Part shown: positions 49,667-60,057 of the stretch, one piece after another
Layout: the number at the start of each line of letters is the position of its first letter
Numbering within the stretch: position 1 is the stretch's first letter
NCBI GenBank assembly: GCA_052327205.1
Contig: CM126204.1
Location: 130,386,001 to 130,450,000, forward strand
From: Somniosus microcephalus
Taxonomy: Eukaryota
Reading direction: 5' to 3'
Length of the DNA stretch: 64,000 nucleotides
Translations under genes and position numbers: made by a program
The notes under the pieces: generated by a model
The model's input: the letters and a program-made list of their open reading frames with translations, nothing else
Told to the model about the DNA's origin: nothing
Database searches by the model: none

Positions 49667-50221
49667 AGTGTCTGGCTGCTAGATTTAGCCACAGGTCTGC
49701 CCAGGCCGAGATTCAAGGCTCCAGTGAGCAGGGTGTGGCTGCAGAGCAAGATCGACCCTCCCCTTTAAGAACTGACCGGTGCCAGTGTGTCTGTGTTCAA
49801 TCGCTAACTGACAGCACCTGCGCTGCGTCCGCCCTCTGAGGTAGCGCCTCGCTCCTCGGCCTTAGCGCCTTAAGAGAGGTGTGTAGCGCCTGATTTAGCG
49901 CTCCAATCACCTCCAGGGGAGATAAAAGCCAAGTTTGCTGTCGGAGGTGATAATTAGCGCCAGATGCTAAACTTTGCGTACCGCCAGTAATGGCACCCCA
50001 TATGGGGCGATAACGAATTTTTCCCCCAATAAGGTAGAACTTAAGAGACTGCATTCCCTGCTCTCCATTAGACCACCAGCTTTCAAATTAGCATTGCTCC
50101 ACCATATAGAACAACAGCCTCCATTTCTATAGCATCTTTAACATAGTTAACAACACTTCACAGAGGAGAAAGGGATGTCAAGCAGTAGCAGAAAAGTGAT
50201 GGTTGGAGAGATAGATCTTGA

Positions 50222-51157
50222 AGACACAAAGCTGGGTGGGCGTGTGTGCTGTGAGGAGGATGTCGTGAAACTCCAGTACGATTTGGACAGGTTGTGTGAT
50301 TGGGCAGAAACATGGCAAATGCACTATAATGTGGATAAGTGTGAGGTTATCCACTTTGGTGGCAAAAACAGGAAGGCAGATTATTATTTGAATGGCAATA
50401 GATTGGGAGAAGGGGAAGTGCAAAGAGACCTGGGTGTTCTTGTGCACCAGTCGCTGAAGGTAAGCATGCAGGTGCAGCAGGCGGTTAAGAAGGCAAATGG
50501 TATGTTGGCCTTCGTATCAAGAGGGTTCGAGTACAGGAACAAGGATGTCTTGCTGCAGTTGTACAGGGCCCTGGTGAGACCGCACCTTGAGTATTGTGTG
50601 CAGTTTTGGTCGCCTTACCTGAGGAAGGATGTTCTTGCCATGGAAGGAGTGCAGCGAAGATTCACCAGGCTGATACCTGGGATGGCAGGAATGACGTATG
50701 AGGAGAGATTGTGTCGATTGGGCTTGTACTCACTGGAGTTTAGAAGATTGAGAGGGGATCTCATCGAAACCTATAAAATTCTGTCAGGCCTGGACAGACT
50801 AGATGCAGGAAGGGTGTTTCTGATGGCCGGGGAGTCCAGAACTAGGGGTCATAGTCTAAGGATAAAGGGTAAGCCATTTAGGACTGAGATGAGGAGGAAT
50901 TTCTTCACCCAGAGAGTGGTGAACCTGTGGAATTCTCTGCCACAGAGGGCGGTGGAGGTCAGTTCACTAAATATATTCAAGAAGGAGTTGGATATATTTC
51001 TTAAGGCTAAGGGGATCAAGGGCTATGGGGAGAAGGCAGGGACAGTGTACTGAATTTGGATGATCATCCATGATCTCATTGAATGGCGGAGCAGGCTCGA
51101 GGGGCCGAATGGCCTACTCCTGCTCCTATCTCCTATGTTTCTATGTTTCTATGTTTT
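50222..51157 (+). mobile_element. 5'-truncated young CR1 LINE with an open ORF2 C-terminus
   Basis: Uninterrupted DTKLGG...GYGEKAGTVY* (to 51053) and (tatgtttc)n tail; closely similar to 5350-6270. Confidence 0.92.
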
Positions 51158-51169
51158 TGAAAATAGGGA

Positions 51170-51605
51170 GAGAAGTTACCCAGTCAGTGGGGTTTGGGAG
51201 GGAGTCCCAGAGGTTATTGCTGAGATGGTTGAAAGCTCTATCATCGGTGGTAGAGCAGAGATGGGGAATGAAAATGTTAGAAGAATGGAGGATTGATATA
51301 GGTGGGACGTGGGACTGGAGGAGACGCAGAGCTAAGGAAGGGTGAGTCTGTGAAAGGATTAGTAAATGAGGGCAAGGTTTTTGAGTTCAGATGTTTTAGG
51401 AGACAGGGAACCAATAGAGGTCCTCAAGGACAGTGGTAATGAGTGAGCAAGCAGGTGGTGAGGGATAGGATGCAGGTGAAGGGATTGTAGATGAGTTGGC
51501 GTTTATGTAGGGTAGAGCTTTGGAGACCTTTAAGGAGAAGTCAAGCCTGCAAAGTGATCAATGCATGGTGATGCTGAGCACAACATTAATGAGGATCAAA
51601 AGGTT
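51170..51605 (-). mobile_element. Highly degraded L2 fragment
   Basis: Weak reverse-complement similarity to the L2 3' region. Confidence 0.5.
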
Positions 51606-52014
51606 TATTTGCCCTCTCAACTACCCTACCAGGATTCAGTCTGGTCCCTACCTCGAGGTATACCATATAGTGCATTTAACCATCAAGGGGGTAGTGCCAT
51701 CAGTTTTTTTTTTAAACAGGTACAGGATAAACAAAACCCAAATTGTCCAAACTGTGCTAAATTCAGGTAGTCAACAGAGTAACCCAATTCAGAGACTGGT
51801 CCAAGTTATCCTTAGTGTAGCTTCAATTCATGATATGGCTGTTAGTGATAATTCCATAGACCAGCAGCATGATAAATAATTGTAAGGAAATAAAATCTAT
51901 AGCTAGCTGTAGATTATTATCAATTAATGATCTGGATCAGACACTGAGAGCAAGAGCAGGGTAAAAAATAAACACACTGCTTACAATAAAACACCATTGA
52001 AAGTTTTCATAACT

Positions 52015-52095
52015 TGTGTATGTGTCTGTATGTGTGTGCGTGTGTATGTGCATGTGTGCATGTGTGTGTGCGTGCGTGTGTGCACATGTGTGTGT
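52015..52095. repeat. Imperfect (TG)n microsatellite
   Basis: Seen directly in the sequence. Confidence 0.9.
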
Positions 52096-54159
52096 TTTTA
52101 ACTGCTTCTTTCTTTTAATGACTTCTTTCTATCACGACAGTAAACCATCAATAATGATATTTGAACAGCATTACTGCGAGATGAATCATCTGGTTGCCAT
52201 TATATGAGTGGGCACATGGAGTCAAGGTCCCGTCAGTTTTAACGCAAACACCAATAGCCCCAGTAACGACCCTGCTAGATGACAGACCCCATCACAGTTA
52301 CCATAAAGGAGGCAAAAACCGCTCGCCAAGGCACAAGTCTACAGTTACAGAACCATGAAATCTTTTGTCATCCTCTTTTTACTGGAGGATTGATGTGGAA
52401 TAAACAGAGATCTTCTGAAAATTGTGGCCTGACTGATCATAAAATTAAGACAGCGACTCTCTTACTAAGAATGTTATGACTACATCTTTAAGAATGAGAT
52501 TTGTGTCTCTTTAAAATACATCAGGCACAAGAAATAACAATCACATCAGCTAAAATTAAGTTATATGAGAACAGAATTAAACTCTAAGTGACCCTTGCTG
52601 CACTCTATACATCCCATTAATAATTCCTAATCTAATCAGTGGGGTAAAGGCACTATTGCAGGAGATGCCAGGCACTGTGCCAAAGTGCCCCATTGCACTG
52701 TAGCTCTTTAGAACCAGAGATCCTTTGTTGATTATATATCTTTCATTCAGACCAGAAGCAGATTTTCTCTTTTGTTATCTGACACTGGTAATGTCATGTC
52801 CTTGTAACTGATAGATACTTCTCTTTGTAAATAACCCTAGTGTCACTGATAGAGGCCTCGCTAGACAGAGCCTGTAAATAGACAGGCATTAGTCATGTCA
52901 GGCCTACTAACGCTGTGTCACCATTGATAAATTTACAGCAAATAAAGAGCTCACCTCTTGCGCAAACACACACTTTCCCAGAAAATCCATCACGTCATAT
53001 GTTGACCTGATACCATCTTTGTCAGTTGTCTATCTGTCACTAAAAGTACTTCACTGTGATTTGGTGCCAATGACTGCTTGTAGAAATCACCTTATTTTGT
53101 ACATTTTAGTGGCTGTATGACAGAGTGTAGTTCAGGTTCCCATCAGCAAGGTTTGCATTCGAATAATGCAATCATTTTTTAACAGAAGTGTCATGTTCAT
53201 TGAATGCTTGTTGATGCAGTTAATATTTTAAACGTTTTTTAAATTAATAAAGCAAACTGTGGTTAAAAAAGGCACAATTGTTATTGGTTTTAATAATGGA
53301 AATGTCCAGTAAAAATTTAAGGAGGATCTTTTTGTTGCATATGTCATATTTAATAATTCAGTGATTTGGGGCAGACTTTGTAGTATATGACCGAATAACA
53401 GCAGGATATTTTTCTAATTCGAAACTTTAAAATAAAGAAAGGAGGAGTGGTACTTGTGCAGCCTCATGACACATCACACTGAGGTACTAACCTGCTGTGC
53501 ACAGAGCGGTATTACTCATATGATGAGTTACTAATCTTGGCCTAAGCAGCCTGGCATAAGCCTGGGACTGCGACTACACAACCAGTGCATTGTAATTATC
53601 AAACACTGAAAATTTGGAAAAGTTGAGACTATCCAGGACAAAGCAGCACGCTTGATTGGCACCCCATCAATACCTTAAACATTAACTCCCTCCACCACCA
53701 GCGTACCGTGCCTGCAGGGTGTACCATCTACAAGATGCACTGTAGCAACTCGCCAAGGCTCCTTCGGCAGCACCCGCGACCTCTTCCACCTAGAAGGACA
53801 AGGGCAGCAGGTGCATGGGAACACCACCATCTCCAAGTTCCCCTCTGTGGTATCTTGAGGTGGCCATAGATGGAGACAGACACAGGTTAACTCCTTAACA
53901 TGGTTTAATCAACACTTGCACATAAAAGCTTCTGCCATGAGGCAGCAAAAACAAAGAGTACCACCAGTACAGATCAGACTTAACTCAGGAGAGCAATTGC
54001 CACAGCACCACCTGGTGGATCAGGTTACTCATAACCTCCCAGGTTACTACACTCTTCCCCCCTTAAGATTGCCGTATGCAATTCTCAAACAATAACCCTT
54101 ACTAGGTACTATGTTTTAATTAACCAGCATGCTCTAACCATGGTTAACCCCTGACTAAT

Positions 54160-55654
54160 TTAACAGGTTTGTATAAGTCTTTCTGGTTGCTTGCAAATCC
54201 TTTGTGAACGTCTTAATTCCACTTGTGGTGGATTCTCAGATTCATTCGCACTTGAGATTGGAGTAGTCTCTGATGTTGGTTTTACTCTGTCCCACTGTGG
54301 CCTGGCAGTACCAGTGTCCACTGGCACCTTATAAGCCATGCTGGGTCCTGGAACAGCCTCCTCTACTGCCCTTTGTTCCATCTGAGGCAGTTCCCCCTGC
54401 TGCCGGCTGAAAAGCTGATCCACATGCCGACAAACCCCTCGACCATCCCCTAGTAACACGGAGTACGACACAGGTCCTGTAATGTCCTGGATTAGTCCTG
54501 GTATCCATTTAGGTCCATAACCGAAGTTCCGGGTGTACACAGAGTCCCCTATGGCGAAATGGCGAGCTTTAGTATGTTTGTCATGGTACGCTTTTTGGTT
54601 TGTTTGTTTTGTCTCAACCTTGCTTTTGAGATCTGGGTGTATCAGGTCTAACGTGCACCGCAACTTTCTCCCCATCATCAACTCAGCCGGAGAAAGCCCC
54701 GTGGTAGCTTGGGGTGTTATACGATAACTAAACAAGGCTCTATTGAGCTTGGTCTCCAGGGTGTCACCTGAGCTCTTCCTCATGAGCTCCTTAAAAGTCT
54801 GCACGGCTCGCTCGGCTAACCCATTTGAGGCTGGGTGATATGGAGCCGAGGTGACATGTGTGATTCCATTCCTTACCATGAATTCTTTGCTCCCTTCACT
54901 AACAAAACACTGTGCATTGTCGGATACAATCATTTCTGGAATACCATGCGTGCTGAAGCTGTTCCTGAGACAATTCAGTGTGGCATCAGTCGTTGCAGAG
55001 CTCACTGGATAAACGTCGGTCCGCTTTGAGTGAGCGTCAACCAGCACCAAAAACATTTTGCCCATAAAAGGTCCCGCATAGTCTATGTGAATTCTCCTCC
55101 AGGGTTTGCTGGGCCACTCCCAGGGATGGAGTGGTGCCCCGGCAGGTGCTTTCCTCTGTTCCTGACATATAGTGCATGACTTTACCTTTGACTCAATTTC
55201 AGCATCCAAGTTAGGCCACCACAGGTAGCTCCTAGCCAGTCCTTGCATTCTAGTCATTCCTGGGTGCGATTGAAGCAACTGTTCCATCAAAGTAGAGCGT
55301 CCCCGCTCTGGGACTATGATGCGTGCTCCCCATAGCACACATCCATCTTGGACACTGAGCTCGTGCTGTCTCTGTCTGTACGGCGCGAACTCCGGTCCCT
55401 CACGGTGATCTGGCCAGCCTTTCAACACATACTCACGGACCCTTGACAGAACGGGGTCCTTGGCTGTCCAGCCCTGGATTTGCGCTGAAGTCATCAGGGG
55501 ACTGATCTCCTGATCCAGCATCAGGACGTGCTCCTCAGGGGAAGTACTGCGAGGAAATTTTGAGAGGGGCAGGCGGCTGAGAGCATCCGCGTTCCCGTTT
55601 TCCTTGCCGGCTCTGTACGTGATCACATATTCATAGGCTCTTAGTATTACTGCC
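54160..55654 (-). pseudogene. Gypsy C pol 3' part (integrase)
   Basis: HPGMTRM..ARSYLWWP..C..C, HIDYAGP, SDNAQCF, PYHPASNGLAER; joins RIMRWA|VILRAYEY across element D. Confidence 0.93.
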
Positions 55655-58600
55655 TGATGTGCCTTCAATAACCACAAAACTAGAAGTTATAGACTTTAAC
55701 AAGTTGGCTTTTAATCACTAAGATCAGAGCTAACATCTCAACACACTGACTGGCTCGCAGGAATGAGTCATACAGATCCTGGGATCTTTATGTAAGAGAA
55801 GTCAGGGGCAGAGCCAAGAGCCAAGACCTGGAACCTTCCAGGTTAGTCAGGAAAGAGGAAATGAAACTATACACCGTGTGGGGGAGGGTAATATACATGA
55901 GTGCAAAACGAATACAGGCAAGAACGAATACAGGCAAGACAAACAGATTTCATTACATTCACCCCTTCTTTAGATTTAGTCCATCGGGGTGATGTTTCTT
56001 AAAAGTTGGTATAAGTGAGTCTGTCAGGGGGTTTTGCGGTTCTCAGTGATCGGCGCAAAGCCGGTTGGGGTGCCTCTAGGGGAGTGGATTCTGGTGCCTC
56101 TAGGGGAGTGGATTCTGGTTCCTCCGCTGTCCGGGCCTCCGCAGTGTCTTCCAGGTTATCTGCAGTGTCCTCCAGGTTAAAGTTGGGTATTGATACCTCT
56201 GGGCGTCCTGTCTCTTTTTGGTGTAGGTCTTCCTCGGGTAGTCTCTCATCGTTCTCTCCGCTCCCCGAGGGAGCGAGGTCTTTTATGGAAACAGTGTCCT
56301 CTCGCCTGTCAGAGTATTCGCTATAGGCGTACTGAGGGTTTGCATGGAGGAGCTGTACCTTTTCCACAAGGGGGTCCATTTTATGGCCTCTCACGTGCTT
56401 CCGCAATAGTACTGTCCCCGGAGACGTCACGCGGGTAGAGATATGCCCGAGGTCGATTTCCGGGGGAAAACGAACATCTTTTCGTGAGGGGTAGCGTTAG
56501 TGGCTGTACATAACAGAGACCTTATGGAGTGGAGCACGTCTGGGAGGACTTCCTGCCAGCGGGAGGTCGGAAGACCTTTTGACTTTAAGGCTAACGTGAC
56601 AACCTTCCAAACAGTAGCATTCTCCCTTTCCACTTGCCCATTACCCCGGGTGTTGTAGCTAGTGGTTCTGCTAGTGGCTATCCCCTTTGAGAGCAAGAAC
56701 TGGCGCAGTTCGTCACTCATAAATGACGTCCCCCTATCGCTGTGTATGTAGTTCGGCATGCCAAACATGCAGAATAGATTACCGAGACACTTGATGACCG
56801 TGGCACTGGTCATGTCTGGGCAGGGAATGGCGACGGGGAAGCGGGAATATTCATCGATGATATTGAGGAAGTATACGTTACGGTCGGCAGAGGGAAGGGG
56901 TCCCTTGAAGTCCAGACTTAGGCGCTCGAATGGCCGTGTGGCTTTGATAAGGTGTGCATGGTCAGGCCTGTAGAAACGAGGCTTGCATTCCGCACAGATG
57001 CGGCAGGCTCTGGTCATTGCCCTGACCTCCTCGATGGAGTGGGGCAGATTGCGGGACTTTATAAAATGGTATAGTCGGGTGACCCCTGGGTGACAGAGGT
57101 CATTGTGGAGACCCTGTAATTTGTCCGTATGAATGCTGGCACACATTCCCCGCGATAGGGCGTCTGGGGGTTCATTAAGGGCTCCTGGCCTGTACATAAT
57201 ATCATAGTCGAACGTGGATAGTTTGATCCTCCACCTGAGTATTTTGTCATTCTTGATTTTCCCCCTTTGTTTGTTATTAAACATGAAAGCCACCGACCGC
57301 TGGTCGGTGAGCAGGGTGAAACGTTTGCCGGCTAGGTAGTGTCTCCAGTGCCGCACTGCCTCCACTATAGCCTGTGCCTCCTTCTCGACAGAAGAGTGCC
57401 TGATTTCAGGTCCCTGAAGGGTTCGGGAGAAGAAGGCCACAGGTCTCCCAGCCTGATTGAGGGTCGCAGCTAAAGCAAAGTCTGACGCATCGCTTTCGAC
57501 TTGAAAGGGAGTGCTTTCGTCCACTGCACACAGTGCAGCCCTTTCAATGTCCTGTTTGATACTGGTGAAAGCCTCCCGAGCTTCAGCTGATAGTGGGAAG
57601 GACGTCGATTTAATGAGGGGTCGGGCCTTATCAGAGTAATTGGGCACCCATTGGGCATAATACGAAAAAAATCCCAGGCACCTTTTTAAAGCTTTGGGAT
57701 TGTGTGGCAGGGGCAGTTCCTTTAGGGGGCATAATCGGTCAGGGTCCGGTCCAATTACCCCATCTTCCACCACACAGCTGAGGATACAGAGATGGGTTGT
57801 GTTGAAGACACATTTGTCTTCGTTGTAGGTTAGATTCAGCTTTAGGGCAGTTTTTAAAAATCTCGCAAGATTTAGATCGTGGTCTTGCTGGTTGTGCCCG
57901 CAGATAGTGACATTGTCCAGATAGGGGTAGGTAGCTTGTAGTTTATTCTCGTCAACCATGCGGTCCATCTCATGTTGGAAGACCGAGACCCCATTTGTTA
58001 CCCCGAAGGGCACTCTGAGAAAATGGTAGAGGCGCCCGTTCGCCTCAAAGGCGGTGTATGGGCGGTCCTCCGTTCTAATGGGGAGCTGGTGATACGCGGA
58101 TTTGAGGTTGATAGTCGAGAAGACTCGGTATTGCGCGATCTGGTTGACCATTTCTGATATGCGGGGTAAAGGGTAGGCGTCCAGCTGGGTATAAATATTA
58201 ACAGTCTGGCTGTAGTCAATTACCATCCGTTTCTTTTCGCTATTTTTAACTATGACTACTTGGGCACGCCACGGACTGGTACTGCATTCAATAATGCCTT
58301 CCTGCAGGAGTCTGTCCACTTCCGCCTTGATAAAGTGTCTGTCTTCCAGACTGTACCGTCTACTTTTGGTCGCTATGGGCCTACAGTTCGGAGCGAGATT
58401 AGCGAATAAAGAGGGCGGGCTGATTTTTAAGGTTGATAGGCCACAGACTGTGAGTGGCGGCTGGGACCCGCCATATGCTAGCGTGACACTTTCGTGGTGG
58501 CACTGGAAGTCCAGGCCCAAGATTACATTAACACAGAGTTCTGGCATCACGAGGAGTTTAAAATCCTTGTAGTCCGTGCCTTTTACAGTCAGTGTTACCA

Positions 58601-60057
58601 CACAGTAGCCCAAAATGTCCGAAGTGTGGGGCTTAGCAGCCATAGCAATTCTGCTCCGTGTAGGGGTTACCGTTAATGAGTGCTGCCGTACCAGGCTAGG
58701 GTGGATAAAACTCTCGGTACTCCCACAGTCAATTAAACATTTCGTTAAATTCCCGTTTACCTGTATGTCCATCATGGATTTTGTCAACGGGTGTGGCCTG
58801 GATTGATCCACCGTGATCGAAGCCACTGTTGGGCCCTGGGCGGCCGTTGAGTCGGGAAAAGATGGCGGATCCCAAGATGGCGGCCCGCACGGCACGCACG
58901 AGGCGGTGACGGAGTTGGAAATCGGATTCCCCCTGCAGACTTTGCTAAAATGCCCCTTTTTCTTACATTTGAAGCATGTAGCGTCTTTCGCTGGGCATCG
59001 TTGTCTGGGGTGCTTGGCCTGGCCGCAGAAGTAGCATTTCGGGCCTCGAGACATTGCCGCTGTAGTAGGACTCCTGGGTGAACTTCTGTGTGGGGACTCC
59101 GGCGGTGTAGAGCTGGTCTGAGACCTGGATGGGGAAGATGGCTGATTCCAAGATGGCGGCCTGCTCGGCGCGCACAAGGCGGTGAGAGCCGCATGGCCGG
59201 AAGAATAAGAGTCAGAGTTTTTCTGGGCCACGTCCAGCGATCGCGCAGTGGCCACTGCCTTTTTTAAGTCCAGGACCTCCTTCTCCAGCAGTCTCTGCCG
59301 GATATAATTCGATTTGAGGCCCGTGATGAAGGAATCGCGGACCAATTTGTCAGAGTACACGTTGGCCGTCACGGCCTTGCAGTTACAGTCCCGGACCAAG
59401 TCCTTTAGGCCCTGTAAAAAATCGTCCATTGATTCCTCAGGTCGCTGCCTGCGTGTAGCCAGCAGATGTCTGGCGTACACTTCGTTTACTGGCCTCTGGT
59501 ATTGGGCCTTCAGGATAGTGATGGCCTCCGTGTAAGAGGTGGCGTCCCGGATGAACGAATAAATCCGATGATTAACGCGAGTAGTCAGTAGACTCAGTTT
59601 ATCTACCTCGCTAGCGGATGAGGCCCTCGCGAAGAGTTCGAAGCATTTGAGCCAGTGTCCAAATTGATTTGATGCTTCAGCAGAATGTGGATCCAAGTCC
59701 AGACGCTCTGGTTTTAGGAGTCGATCCATCCTAGTATTCTTTAGTGATTAAAATTGATGTGCCTTCAATAACCACAAAACTAGAAGTTATAGACTTTAAC
59801 AAGTTGGCTTTTAATCACTAAGATCAGAGCTAACATCTCAACACACTGACTGGCTCACAGGAATGAGTCACACAGATCCTGGGATCTTTATGTAAGAGAA
59901 GTCAGGGGCGGAGCCAAGAGCCAAGACCTGGAACCTTCCAGGTTAGTCAGGAAAGAGGAAGTGAAACTATACACCGTGTGGGGGAGGGTAATATACATGA
60001 GTGCAAAATGAATACAGGCAAGAACGAATACAGGCAAGACAAACAGATTTCATTACA
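55655..60057 (-). mobile_element. Full-length Gypsy LTR retrotransposon D (distinct lineage, no tRNA PBS)
   Basis: 303-bp LTRs at 55655-55957 and 59755-60057 (5 mismatches); TSD ctgcc; PPT aagaaggggtgaa; only 25 nt between LTR and ATG. Confidence 0.97.
56427..59729 (-). CDS. Gag-Pol polyprotein of Gypsy D (1100 aa open; integrase C-terminal tail frameshifted into 55999-56430)
   Basis: Knuckles CYFCG..H..C and CFKC..GH..C, protease LIDCGS, RT (YPLPRI, FSTINLKSAYHQ, YLDN), RNase H (ESDASD), integrase (HPG..C..C, SLDFKGP, SDRG, GQVER). Confidence 0.9.
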   Translation of the reverse strand: MDRLLKPERLDLDPHSAEASNQFGHWLKCFELFARASSASEVDKLSLLTTRVNHRIYSFIRDATSYTEAITILKAQYQRPVNEVYARHLLATRRQRPEESMDDFLQGLKDLVRDCNCKAVTANVYSDKLVRDSFITGLKSNYIRQRLLEKEVLDLKKAVATARSLDVAQKNSDSYSSGHAALTALCAPSRPPSWNQPSSPSRSQTSSTPPESPHRSSPRSPTTAAMSRGPKCYFCGQAKHPRQRCPAKDATCFKCKKKGHFSKVCRGNPISNSVTASCVPCGPPSWDPPSFPDSTAAQGPTVASITVDQSRPHPLTKSMMDIQVNGNLTKCLIDCGSTESFIHPSLVRQHSLTVTPTRSRIAMAAKPHTSDILGYCVVTLTVKGTDYKDFKLLVMPELCVNVILGLDFQCHHESVTLAYGGSQPPLTVCGLSTLKISPPSLFANLAPNCRPIATKSRRYSLEDRHFIKAEVDRLLQEGIIECSTSPWRAQVVIVKNSEKKRMVIDYSQTVNIYTQLDAYPLPRISEMVNQIAQYRVFSTINLKSAYHQLPIRTEDRPYTAFEANGRLYHFLRVPFGVTNGVSVFQHEMDRMVDENKLQATYPYLDNVTICGHNQQDHDLNLARFLKTALKLNLTYNEDKCVFNTTHLCILSCVVEDGVIGPDPDRLCPLKELPLPHNPKALKRCLGFFSYYAQWVPNYSDKARPLIKSTSFPLSAEAREAFTSIKQDIERAALCAVDESTPFQVESDASDFALAATLNQAGRPVAFFSRTLQGPEIRHSSVEKEAQAIVEAVRHWRHYLAGKRFTLLTDQRSVAFMFNNKQRGKIKNDKILRWRIKLSTFDYDIMYRPGALNEPPDALSRGMCASIHTDKLQGLHNDLCHPGVTRLYHFIKSRNLPHSIEEVRAMTRACRICAECKPRFYRPDHAHLIKATRPFERLSLDFKGPLPSADRNVYFLNIIDEYSRFPVAIPCPDMTSATVIKCLGNLFCMFGMPNYIHSDRGTSFMSDELRQFLLSKGIATSRTTSYNTRGNGQVERENATVWKVVTLALKSKGLPTSRWQEVLPDVLHSIRSLLCTATNATPHEKMFVFPRKSTSGISLPA

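Larger units (their letters stand above)
45738..50027. mobile_element. Near-intact PIF/Harbinger DNA transposon (4290 bp)
   Basis: 13-bp perfect TIR gggggaaaaattc / gaatttttccccc; TSD aat; convergent transposase and Myb/SANT genes. Confidence 0.95.
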
